Positions 26,404 to 38,382 of a DNA stretch of 64,000 bases are shown one piece after another. Position 1 is the first letter of the stretch, and each line of letters starts with the position of its first letter. Under the pieces are notes generated by a model that did not search any database, had not been told where the DNA came from, and worked only from the letters and a program-made list of their open reading frames with translations. The position numbers and the translations under genes were made by a program. This DNA is from Eledone cirrhosa. Lineage: Eukaryota. The stretch spans positions 140,864,001 through 140,928,000 of the forward strand of contig OZ024742.1 of the NCBI GenBank assembly GCA_964016885.1. Direction: 5' to 3'.

Positions 26404-29400
26404 ATCAGAACAACCTGACATCCCCTGCACATAATCATATACTGGAATCAAAGTACAAATTGTTGTCCTTGAATGCATGTAGTCTATGCAATAAGATTCA
26501 TCTTTTTGACTCCTATGTCAAAAGTATCAACCCTGACTTCATTACAGTCCCGGAAACTTGGGCACATCCCTTACTCTGTGATGGGGTTTTCAGCATAATT
26601 GGCTACAATCTGTTTTGTAAAGACTGCATTAATCGTGGTGGTGATGGTGGTGGTGTAATGGTCTACGTTCAGTCAAATTTGTTGGCAATTCCTTGTGTTG
26701 ATTTGAACCAATCACAGCAGGAAGTTTTTTTCTGCGATATACGTATAACCATGTCAACACTGCTACTTGGAGTTGTTTACCGTCCCCCAAATTACCATCA
26801 GGACACTCAACTTTGTGATATCCTCAGAGCTGCTGCCAGGAAAACAGCCACTTATGTTTTCATTGCAGGAGACTTCAATCACCCTGATATTGACTGAGAC
26901 ACCTTTTGTTGGCCGCCAAGTGCAAATGACTTCCTTGAGCTAGTGCTGGACTCGAATTGGTCCCAAGTAGTCACCTCCCCAACAAGAGGTGACAACACTT
27001 TGGACCTACTCTTCACCACTACTCCTGAAACGGTCATTAGTGTTACTGCTGAGGAACCTTTAGGTGGCTCTGATCATGCTATGATAATTGCCAATCTATC
27101 CCTCCTGGGCAGTAACAAGAACCAGAACTATCTCCAAACTGCTCACTTTGACTGGAATAAAGCAGACTGGAACTGTTACTGCACCGAGTTACAATGGCCA
27201 AACTGTCTTGAGTTCTACGACTCTGGAGATGTCAACACTGTACTCCAGAACATCCTGAGCTCAATATAGACAGCATGTGCAGCATCGGTGCCACATAAGC
27301 AGAAAAAACATCCCAAAAGTGTAATTTGGGAGACTGCAGCAGTCCGTCTTGCCAGAAAAGAACGTCGCAATGCTGAACGTGAGTACAAACTGCACAAATC
27401 AAACATTAATAGGAAGAGGCGAAATAGATTGTCCAACCACCTCAAACAGGCGACAAAAAAGGCAGTGCTTCAATTTGAGCAGCGCATACCAACCAGCCCT
27501 GACAGTAAAGTGTTCTGGAAGTATGTTCACTCAAAGCAGAGGTCTCACTCTCCAGTTGGTCCTCTTCACAATCCCCACACAAGCCAGGTTACTGATGACC
27601 CCAAGGAATGCACAGAGCTCATTGCTGAATGCTATGCAGGCATTTTCACTATTGAAGACCAGAGTGTACCGTCTTCACCACCTATGACACCGGATTCTAT
27701 TACAACCATGGAATTTACACCTGCAATGCTGCGACGTCACCTAAAAAATAAACACAACCATGCCTCTCCTGGTCTTGATGGTGTTACGTACCCGCTTCTT
27801 AAACATGGTGGGTACTTCCTTCTGCACCAGTTATCACGCTTCTTCCAATTCTGTCTGAACAATGGTGCTACACCAGAACAGTGGAAAACTGCCAGTGTCA
27901 TTCCTCTGTTCAAAATGGGTGACTGCACATCACCTGTGAACTATCGTCCAGTCAGTCTTACTAGTTGCATTGCCAAACTGATGGAATCCTGTGTCAGAGA
28001 AACACTCTGGAACTTCTGGAACTCTCACAGTCTTATCCGGCCCTCGCAATTTGGATTTATCTCCAACTCCAGCTGCTGTGATCAACTTATCGAGTTTCCT
28101 GAAGACATCACCCGGATCACTGATGGCGGCTCATGGGTGGATGTTGTTTACCTTGACTTTGCGAAAGCTTTCAATTCTGTGCCACACAAAAGGCTTATGG
28201 CAAAACTCTCTGCAATGGGTGTGAAGGATGATCTTTTTAACTGGTTGAAGTCTTTCATTCTCAGTCGAAGAGAGGTAGTCACGGTTCTGGGACAGCATTC
28301 CTTACCATATGAGATGTCATCTGGTGTACCACAGGGATCTGTTCTTGGCCCCCTTTTGTTTGTGGCATATATTAATGACGAGGATATACGCAGACTGGAG
28401 AGGAACGAAGCTTGCATGCTCCGCTGGATGTGTAATAGTAATATATGTGAACAGCAAAGCATAACGAACTAAGGGAAAAATTAGAAATAAGAGGGATCAG
28501 ATGTTGTTTACTCGAGAGAAGACTACGTTGGTATGGTCACGTGATGCGCATGAAAGACGACAGCTGTATAAAAAAGTGCAAGGCAATAAAAATAGACTTG
28601 ATAAATTCCGACCTCACACACTTACACCTCTCCAAGACAATGTCACTGGACCGTGATCTTTGGTGCTACACAGTAATACAGAAGACCCGCCTTACCTAAG
28701 TACAAAGTGACCTACTACAGTCAGTAGGCACCTCTAACAAAAATACACCCCCGTCCCATTACCCCCACCCCATCCACACCACCCCTTTCAATGTAAAGTT
28801 ATGTTGGTACCACAACATCCAGTCAGAAACAAATGAGGTCGTGTAGGTGTCACGACAAAAAAACACACAGTCCATGCTGTAATGTGGCCGTGTAGGTAAC
28901 ACGGTAAAAACCTCCCAGTCCACACTGTAAACGTGGTTGGTGTTAGGAAGGGCATCCAGCCGCAGAAAACCCGCCAGACGGTCCTATATGAGCAGGACAA
29001 CAAATCTTAACTCAAGTAGGAAAACTCCCGTCCAAACCCATGCAAGCATGGGAGATGGACGTTAAACGATGATGATGATGATAGATGCCAACTTAAAGAA
29101 TGCAACAGTACTAAAGTACGCAGATGACATCAAGCTGTATCTTGAGATAAAAAGGACAGATCCTGAACACTATAGATCTTGCTTGCAGTCTGACCTGGAC
29201 ACAATGCAACAATAGATCTCAGACTGGCAACTCAAGCTAGCTCTGGACAAGTGCCCCGCCATGCATTTTGGGAGTAAAAACCCAGCGTCCACATACTCCC
29301 TCCACAGCACTAATATCAAGAAGACTTCTTGTGAACGTGACCTGGGCATTACGGTCAGCAGCGATTTGCGTTGGACGAAGCACATCTCTAAAATTGTCAA

Positions 29401-29929
29401 GAGGGCCGAGGGTGTCTTAGCATCACTCAGCAAGACCTTTGTCAGCCGCTCTCCAGCTATCTATTTAAGGCTGTACATGGCTATGGTGCAGCCACACTTA
29501 GAATTTGCATCAACAGTCTGGAACTCCTATCATGCTCAGAACATTGACCGCCTGGAAACTGTTCAGAGACGAGCAACCAAGCGAATACCCTCCATCAGGC
29601 ACCTACCATACTCTGAGCGCCTTGCTTCCCTGGGCATGGATACATTGAAGCTCCGACGCCTGGCAACTGACTTGGTAAACACCCACAAAATTGTTAACCA
29701 TCTTGCCAACAACAACCCTGAGTACCTTTTTGATTTCCATGTGTCTAACACACGTGGGCATGCCCACAAAGTCAGAAAACAGTGCAGTTCCCATGACTTT
29801 CGGAAACATTTTTTCACGCTCAGAGTTGCTGAAGCATGGAACAAACTACCTGCATCGGTTGTTAGCTGTCGAGACACTGCATCCTTTAAGGCCTCCATGC
29901 TTCCCGAGATTCGCCAACACTACACCTAA
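26394..29929 (+). pseudogene. CR1 ORF2 (APE endonuclease + reverse transcriptase), split by a 701-bp insertion
   Basis: ORFs 26460, 26943 and 27288 share one frame. Removing 28380-29080 restores ...YIND|IDANLKNATVLKYADDIKLY..., in frame with ORF 29261-29929. Three nonsense codons (26895, 27267, 29213) and no frameshift seen. Confidence 0.88.
28380..29080 (+). mobile_element. 5'-truncated RTE-derived retroposon inserted into CR1 RT
   Basis: RTE C-terminal motifs (RRLERNEACMLRWMC, RRLRWYGHVMRM), then gttaggaagggcatccagc and the tail aacccatgcaagcatgg...gacgttaaacgatgatgatg. Confidence 0.85.
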
Positions 29930-30789
29930 TATTCCTCCTCCATACACATACACACATGTATATCATGACTCATACACTATTCACTTCCCTGACATTTGTG
30001 TATTATTCTATGTACTATACATGCACCTTTGACGAGTTGTAGTGCACCTGAGCACTTTACACAATAATTTCATTATCATTATCATTTACATGTTTAGAGT
30101 CTTTGCATTTTAATGGATATTAGACATAATTACCATATTTTAACATCTAATCATTTAACAGCTATGGATGTGCTCATTTGTGTGTTAAGAAACTGAAAAA
30201 TGCTAACACATATAACAAATAAATCTTATTATAATACTAGCATTGCTATCTCATAAAATATGACAACTTTATTAAATCATGAAGAATGGCACATCTGTTT
30301 ATAATGTTGGGTGAAACATTTGATATATTTCTTATCTAAATAATTTGCACTTTATATTTCATATTAAAATATTACCAATAATTAAATTATTTTTGTTCAA
30401 TTGTTATTTGATAGCTTTCTACTTGCATAATATTTCATTAACATGACAGCAAATAAATACATTTTGCTAATTATTATATGTAGATGGTTATATGCTATAT
30501 AATATGAAATGGAAAAGTGGGTATGCGTGTTTTTAGAAAGTTGTACAATACAAGTGGTTTAGATTACCAAGGTAACAAGTTGGGAGAATTGAGGTAGAAA
30601 TAAAAAGTGGGAAAAGGAAAAAAAAAGAAAAGGGAGATTGACTGAAAGTTACCTCAAAATTTTTCAGATTAACTATGTTATCAAGGGGAGTTCATAGGCC
30701 TCAGAGAAATCAGAGATTTCCTTCCTGGTAGATGTTTATTTTTTTCCTTTTTGAATATTGGTTGTATTAGAGTTAAGTTTGGTTTGCAC

Positions 30790-31220
30790 ATGTGTGTGAG
30801 ATGCACATGCTATTAATGTTTATATGTATCAGTGTGTGTATACAAGAGCGTATGTAAGCATGTATATGGCATAATTGTGTGTGCATATATGTGCACATGT
30901 ATGTGTGTAAATGTATGTTTGCATGTATATGTAAGAACGTGTGTGCATGTGCAAGCATGTATATGACATATGGGTTTGTAGGTAAATGTATTCATAAGTG
31001 TGTATATATGGGTAAATATGTAAGAGCATATATGAGTAAATATGTAAAAGCGTATGGATGCATGTAAATATAATGATATATGTGTGTGTACGTAAATGTC
31101 TTTGTATGTGTGCATATATGATGTATGAACATAAATATGTATGGATGTATGTGTGTGTAGATATTCATGTATGTATAAAACCTTATGCCAGCAATCGGGT
31201 GTTTGATTTGCATGCATGTG
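30790..31220. repeat. Degenerate (TG/TA) low-complexity tract
   Basis: Alternating purine-pyrimidine decayed microsatellite; produces spurious H/T/Y/I/M ORFs. Confidence 0.8.
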
Positions 31221-32339
31221 AATATATCAGGAAGATGGATCAAGCTAGATCAGCCATTGTGCTTCATTTCTATTTAATATATTTCATTTTTATGTATAAT
31301 TGTACATCATATTTACTATATTTTGTGATATAGTAAATAAAATTCTGTGAGAGTAAGATCTAAAGGAAATACATGCCATCAAAGCATAACTTTATTTTTC
31401 AACTGATGAAAAAATATATCAGATGACAATAGATGTTTGCAACAGTTTTTTTTTTAAGTTCTCAGCTGTAAAAGTTATTTGAACCTCTTTAAGAAAAAGA
31501 GTTTGAATAAAAAAAGTGCTATATTTTCTACTTTTTCTCCTTTAATTCATTTTGATCCCCATGGAGCATTGGGTGACAAGAGCTCTCCATAGGCCACTCT
31601 CAGGTCAGATATCTACTTGTCATTCCTGGAGCAATTTTGATTAGTGCAGGTAAGATTGCTAGCTTTGCACTCCATCTTTCCTTCCTTCTCGACGCAGGCT
31701 GAAAATTAACCTAGCATTTACAAAGATACCAATTTCAGTTACTGTCAACCAGAGCCTGGGATTCAAATCATTTTATTCTATTTTTGGAGGATCACTAGAT
31801 AATATTATGCTCAATATTAAAATAATGTATCATTTCACTCTAATTTCAAAGAGACAGTGAATAACAGTACATTTAGTTTTGACATATTTCTTTAACTCCT
31901 AGAAAATGGTATGTCTAGTTTTGAACTAATGTTTCTTCAAGTATCTTTACTTTCAAATATTGCTATGTCCAGTACTGAAATTACTTTCTTTAAATATTTT
32001 CTACTATGATACTGTTTTGGTCATTAAGAGAAAATTATTTTCATCAATTAGTAATCATAAATGAATATAATCATTGCCATGCGTGTTTCAGAACTACATG
32101 ATCAGATCCATAACTTAGTGTTGAGTAGAAAGTATTATATTTTTAATATAGTATTAGAAAAAAGCATTTGAATTTTATATCTGGCATAAAAATAATTATC
32201 CCCACAGAAACTTTAGTTATCTTGCTAAGTCTCCTTTTAACTTGCATGTAATTAAGTATTTTTGCTAATTTAATGAGAAACATCTTGATTAAAACTACAA
32301 AAAGCTACTAAAATGCAACAGGTACTTGAAACTATTTTA

Positions 32340-32750
32340 GGGAATATTTCAACTTTTTCAATTTTCCACTGCTGAATTAGTGCTCTTATATGGCAGTGAA
32401 ACATGGACATTCATGAAATGAACAGAAAAGAGACTTAATGGTTACTGCATAAGGATGGTATGTGTGGCCCTTGATGTGAACTAGTAGCAGCATGTAACAA
32501 ATGAATGCCTGTAAGGAAATCCTCTCAAAGTAACTGAGAAGATTAGAGAATGTTGACTGTCTATTATGCTATTTGTGCACAACATCCTGAAGAAAGAGAG
32601 TCAAAGTTGTTCCTGTAGGATCTGCAGCCCAGAGTGAGACAGTAGAATAGATGTTATATCAAATTCATTGATAACCTGAAGTGAGATCCTGGCCTGGAAT
32701 ATATCCAGATACTAAATATGGCAATGAGGAACCTAGAAATATGGAAAAGG
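32340..32750 (+). mobile_element. Decayed RTE-clade LINE fragment
   Basis: gtg ctc tta tat ggc agt gaa aca tgg aca = VLLYGSETWT, then KRLNGY; many stops downstream. Confidence 0.6.
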
Positions 32751-34386
32751 GTCTTTACAACACAAAACTGTTGATGCCGATTATTCGAAATGTTGGAGAG
32801 AATGATGTGGTGCTATAATGTATGCCAAAGTTTGAAAGTTTCTTACATGCTGACTTATCAGCAACAAGTAAGAAATAATGAGATTTACAGTAATTAATTA
32901 GATTGACTAAAGCCTTGTGAGGGAAATTTGGTAGACAGAAACTATGTGGAAGCTTGTTGTGTATATATGTGTGTATGCCCCTGTCTCTGTATTTACTTTT
33001 ACTGTTTATTTATATTTCATAACTTGGCAGTTGGACAAAAATAGATTGATAAAATAAAAACAAGACAGGATAAGTACTGAGGTTAATCTTTTTAACCCTT
33101 TAGCATTTAAACTGGCCATATCCAGCCAGAGTTCTCTCACCTCTTTCTGTTCAAACTGGCCATGACGAACTGCTCATACATATATTAAGGTATTGTTCTC
33201 AAAATAAATAATATCAAAATCTCATACAGTCTAGTGACTGAAACTAGTAAAAGAATAAAAAAAAACATTTATTTCAGCCAAGGGTACCATTTGGAATAAA
33301 ACAAGATATTTTGTTTTCTCAAGAAATAAAATTCCATTAAGGGCATTTTAGGGTTAATAAGTAGTAGTGGTGGGGGTGGTAGCAGTGGTAGTGGTGGATG
33401 ATTACTGTACTTGTTATATTGCTGAACAATAAAAATTAAAAAATGAAGATGTTTCTTAAAGATATTTGCTGAAATGTGTATCTTTTATGAAGCTGAAATC
33501 TTTGAGGTTAACATAATTCTAAAAACTGTAATATAAATATCTATTTCCTATTTGCATCATTGGGAAAATGACGTTAAATTATGATGATAAATATGTGTGT
33601 GTATGTATGTGTATGTATAATATCATCAGTATCTCTAAGTATATGTACATACAGATTTATCATAAATATATGTGTGTGCGTGTGTGTGAGCATGTGTGTG
33701 CACATGTGTATGTGTGCATGTGAATATATTCATGTATGTATATAGCAGGGAAAACAGATATTAAATGATGATGATATTTATATATATATTACTGAGGAAC
33801 ACATGAAACTTCTTAACACACTGTAATCAAGGCTTAACCAATGATAATACTTAAATAATCCTTTTATCACAAACATTACTTGAATAGTGAGTAGCAAATA
33901 CGATGTTTGTTTGTATAACAAGTCTCTTCAGTTCTTTCTGCAATCTATTATGGAGTCACATTTGACCTTTCCTTTGATCTTAGAAGTATATCTATTGTTA
34001 TAAACACCCAAGTGAAAAATAAATTAAGATGCAGATCAAAGAGTAGAAAATCCTTATGCATACAAAAAAGAGTAAACGAATATAATATGGATATCATCAT
34101 TAGATAAAATATACCAAAATAATTCCTGGGAGTTTTCTTACAATGCACACATTGCATGAGGACTATTTTTAACATTCACCCCAAGCATCACATGCTTTAA
34201 AGAGAAGGTTTCCAAAACACTTTAACTCTACTTAAATATATCACAATTTCATTGTTGTGAGAATTAGAGGTCTAATTGGATATACTCTTCTGGATTTACA
34301 AATCTATTTTTGATCACTTATTTCTAAATACATTGTTAACAGCCAATATTAGAAACTGATTTTTCAAAGAATATTTTGAATCGCTG

Positions 34387-34635
34387 TTAACCTTTTTGTT
34401 ACCATATTTCTAATGAAAAAGACTGCCTATAATTTTTTAAATAATCAAGAATATGGAGAGATTTAGTAATATAACTAACTTTCACATTATTAAGTTGGTG
34501 TTAGGAACATAAAGGTTCTTAAATGAAATTATAATGGAAGAAAGGTTTTTAGGTATATATAAACGTTTTAAAATAAACAGCTTTGCATCATAAAATCAAG
34601 GATGGATTTGGGTGTGTTGGTATCAAAAAGGTTAA
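34387..34635. mobile_element. piggyBac-type MITE, family A (best-preserved copy)
   Basis: TTAA-CCTTTTTGTTACCA ... TGGTATCAAAAAGG-TTAA (13/14 TIR match, TTAA TSD); ~245 bp, non-coding. Confidence 0.8.
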
Positions 34636-34930
34636 TGTCACATGTTCTCCACCTCCAACTTAGTTGCTTCATCAACAAATCCCTGTACTACAGCCCACAA
34701 TGCAAAGGACAGGAAGACAAACAAATACCGGGGATTGACCAGCCACTTCTTCGCACCAGTCGCCATCAAGACCTCAGGCATCCTCAGACCCCACACTGCT
34801 GAACTCCTCCACAAGATCAAAATGTCAGCAGCCTGTCTGATGCAGGAGCCCCGTGAGGTGGGGTGGTTGTTGCAGCAGGTCTCACTGGCTATAATCCGTG
34901 GAAATGCTGTTGCAGTTTTGTTTGTATATT
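34636..34930 (+). mobile_element. C-terminal restriction-like endonuclease fragment of a CRE-type non-LTR retrotransposon
   Basis: ORF 34642-34953: KTNKY..L...FFAPVAIKTSG ... LLQQVSLAIIRGNAVAVL matches the K..KY / F.P.A.ET.G / Q.LS.AIQRGNA pattern I recall for CRE-clade elements. Confidence 0.7.
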
Positions 34931-35694
34931 GCCACCATCTACTATGGAGGTAGGCATGGTTAAGCAAAGAAGTTTAATCATATTGCATGAACTCTGGGAT
35001 AAATGCTTTTACCATAGCCTTTAGTTAATTCAAATCTTGTGAGTGAAATTGGGTAAGCAGAAACTGCATGGAAGGCCATCAAGTGGATCGTGCTTATAAT
35101 TCAAAAGGCCCTAAATTCAAAAGAAATGACCAAGTCTCAAATTTGGATACTTTGTTGTCAGTCATTAAATTTTCTTGCTCAAACCAACAATCATTCTTGG
35201 GTTAATATATTTGTTTTTGCTGCTCACTTATACATAATCTACAATCATTCTTGGGTTAAGGGATTAATTAACAAACTGCTTAATCTAAAGATTCAGTCCA
35301 AGTTAATAATTTGAGTATTGGTTTCACTTAGTAACTTCTTTAATTTTAGTGATCTGATGGCAAAAAGTTTTAAAGTATTAATTGTAATAGGTTTCATATA
35401 ATGTTATAGTTTATGTTACAATAATATTAAGAGATGCCTTCCATATGTGAGTATGTGTAGCACAAACAGACAGTTACAAACAGAATTTGTTTTCACTCTA
35501 ACATAGCGGATACGTAAATGCATTCATCAGTTTTATATCAAATAATAATAATAATATAATATTACTCATATTTGATTCGTTTGCAAGCTAACAGCCTCAA
35601 ACCTCTAGAGCAAAAGGATGACGATAGGCATCTAGAAACAAATATTAATAATATTTATATAACATTATTATTATTCATTATAACATTATTATTC

Positions 35695-35794
35695 GAGGTT
35701 AACTTTGCCTTTCATCCTTACGGGGTCGATAAAATAAAGTACCAGTAATGCACTGGGATAATTGCTGGCCTTGTGCCAAAAAGTAGAAATAATA
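35695..35794 (+). mobile_element. Headless SINE copy with TSD
   Basis: TSD attattattc(ga) at 35685 and 35795; element starts GAGGTTAAC. Confidence 0.85.
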
Positions 35795-35875
35795 ATTATT
35801 ATTCGAAAAAAATTCACAAATGCATTTACGTATCCTCTATTTTAGAGCAGAAACAAATTTTGTTTATATACATAA

Positions 35876-35918
<43 letters not shown>

Positions 35919-35919
35919 G

Positions 35920-36246
35920 AATGACCATGGTCACGAATGACCATGGGATTCGCACCTAGAAAGTTTCCCTCCAAGGCACAAGTCCGGGCAAGGTTGTTTG
36001 TGGAAGACCGGCAGTCGCCCATGCATACCAGCCTCCCCTCTCCATGCCACCGATGTTGGGAAAGGCAATGGCTGATACAGCTTGACACCAGTGACATCGC
36101 AACTTATTTCTACAGTTGAGTAAACTGGAGCAACGTGAAATAAAGTGTCTTACTCAAGGACACAACGCATCACCCGGTCCGAGAATCTAACTCACAACCT
36201 TATGATTGCAAGCCCAATGCTCTAACCACTAAGCCATGTGCCTTCA
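35920..36246 (-). mobile_element. tRNA/CORE-like SINE with the same head but a different 3' body
   Basis: Head and centre match 20799/41244; the distal half is unrelated (gcaaggttgtttgtggaagaccggcagtcgcccatgc). Confidence 0.8.
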
Positions 36247-36734
36247 CACAAAGAGAGAGAGAGAGAGTTCCCATGCGCTAAAAAAGAAACCTTCAATGAG
36301 ATGCAATCTCATGAGAGATCAGTGGAACAAGTGCAGGTGTGAGCCATAACAATAATAAGCAGCAACAGTTTCCAAGTTTCCAAATGTAGTATGGAAACCT
36401 GGCCATTATGATGATGGTAATAATTGTTTCTACTTTAGGCACAAGGCCAGCAATTACCCAGTGCATTGCTTGGTAATAATGAACCCTTTTTAACTTCCAC
36501 TGATGTCAAATTATGAATTTGTAACAGTGAGGTTATTGGTTCTTAAGTACTGACTTGGTCTATGATGACCCGTCCAACCTTTGTCAGCATGGAAGAATAG
36601 ATGTTAAATGATGATGATGAAAGTAGGTTTGTTACAGTAACACCGAGGAAGAAGAAAAAAGAGTTTGTGACTAGTATCAATAATGTTCCTAACAACAACT
36701 GATTATCTGATTATATGAAAGCAATATATGTCAT

Positions 36735-37895
36735 CATAATCATCATTTAACATCTATTTTTCTACATATGCATGAGTTGGATGGATTGTCACATTGAGAC
36801 AAATAAAGCCAGGTCACCACATCTTGTTGATACTTTGGCTTGGTTTCTATGACTGGATCCTCTTTCTAATGCTAACCACATTACAGTGTGGACTGGTACT
36901 AAAATGACCATCTAATAGGGTGGACTGGGCACTTTTTGTTGTGTCACCAACGCCTCCAACATAAAGAATCGACTAGGTGCTTTTTTTCTCATGTCACCAA
37001 CACAACTACCTTACATAGTGGACTAAGTACTTTCTTCTCGTGTCATCAACACCACCAGCTTATATAGTGGACTGGGTGCTTTTTTTTCATGTCACCAACA
37101 CAACCACTTTACATGGTGGATTGGCTGCTGCTGCTTGTCCTTTACAGCATGACCCCCTTACAGGGTAGACTGGTGCTTTTGTTGTTGTGGTGCCAGATCA
37201 CCAAATAGGGTGGAGTTAGTGCTTTTTTTGTCATGGCAGCAGTACTATGGGAGATCAGATGTGGAGTGTGCCTAGCCTTCCATGCTTGTATAAATGGGTT
37301 GGGCAGGAGAGGTGTATCAGGGTTGAGGAGTGAGGTTTGGGGGAATGAGCAAGCAAGTTGGTTATGGATGAGGTGAGTAGGATATTTAGCTGATGAGAAA
37401 GGTGTTATTAAAACTGTGGAGGGTGAATGAGGGAGAAGATTGGTGCAGACTAGTGTCCTCCACATATTTGTTTCATCCTGTGCACATGGGAAGATGGGTT
37501 TTCTGCAGTACCGCATAACACCAGAGATCTTGATCCTGTGTCATCTCCTTTGAGAGGTTTAACTGTGCAAGATTAGCTTTTATCACTTCATCCTAAACTT
37601 TCCTAGGTCTTACTTTTCCATAGTTTCCATCAACTTTGAGCACTCTGCACCTTTTTATACAGCTGTTATCTTCCATATGCATCACATGTCCATACCACAG
37701 CAATCTCCTCTTCGGCCCTTCTAGTTGCTCTTTAAGTCTGTTGATACTTTTCCATACATGCACACTACTATTACACATCCATCGAAGCATGCAAGCTTCA
37801 TTTCTTTCCAATCTTCATAGGCCCTTTGTACATAGTGGCTGGGTTTCACTTCTATACAGCATTACTGTCCATACACAAGTGTCATACAATCTTCC
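36735..37895 (-). mobile_element. RTE-derived retroposon 3' portion with internal 48-bp tandem array
   Basis: ORF 37593-37811 (ERNEACMLRWMC, RRLLWYGHVM, RPRK), tandem units at ~36880-37230, and an (ATG)n-type tail at 36735. Confidence 0.8.
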
Positions 37896-37944
<49 letters not shown>

Positions 37945-38351
37945 TTATAAATATATATATATCAGTTATATATATATATATATCAGTTATGAAAATATTT
38001 GCTTGTTGTATCCCAACAATTTAAATAGAACTTCGGCCCTTCTAGTTGCTCTTTAAGTCTGTTGATGCTTTTCCATACATGCACACTACTATTACACATC
38101 CATCGAAGCATGCAAGCTTCATTTCTTTCCAATCTTCATAGGCCCTTTGTACATAGTGGCTGGGTTTCACTTCTATACAGCATTACTGTCCATACACAAG
38201 TGTCATACAATCTTCCTTTCATATATATATATATATATATATATCAGTTATATATATATATATATCAGTTATAAATATATATATATCAGTTATATATATA
38301 TATATCAGTTATAAAAATATTTGCTTGTTGTATCCCAACAATTTAAATAGA

Positions 38352-38352
<1 letters not shown>
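37710..38352 (+). repeat. Near-identical tandem duplication (321 + 322 bp)
   Basis: cttcggcccttctagttgc starts at 37710 and 38031; both units end atttaaatagaa. Confidence 0.9.

Positions 38353-38382
<30 letters not shown>

Larger units (their letters stand above)
25290..30086 (+). mobile_element. Near full-length CR1-clade non-LTR retrotransposon (LINE)
   Basis: ORF1 plus ORF2 with APE endonuclease (LNACSL, ETW, VYRPP, GDFNHP, TRGDNTLDL, SDH) and RT (YRPVSLTS, YLDFAKAFNSVPH, GVPQGSVLGPLLF, YADD). CR1-type C-terminus (ERDLGI, LETVQRRATK, TRGH, FFTLRVAEAWNKLP) and a (CATTAT)n 3' tail. 5' boundary approximate. Confidence 0.9.

Noticed and set aside
27288-28472. 394-aa ORF as a standalone reverse transcriptase gene (retron/group II/DGR-like)
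   Set aside because: It is a fragment of CR1 ORF2 bounded by a nonsense codon and a nested RTE insertion.
35490-35530. CTGATGA...GAAA on the - strand as another hammerhead
   Set aside because: No convincing stem I or stem II.
35695-35794. Twister or HDV-like ribozyme in the SINE centre (TAACTTTGCC...GATAAAA)
   Set aside because: Superficial resemblance only: the twister P4/pseudoknot residues and the HDV P3/L3 module could not be placed.
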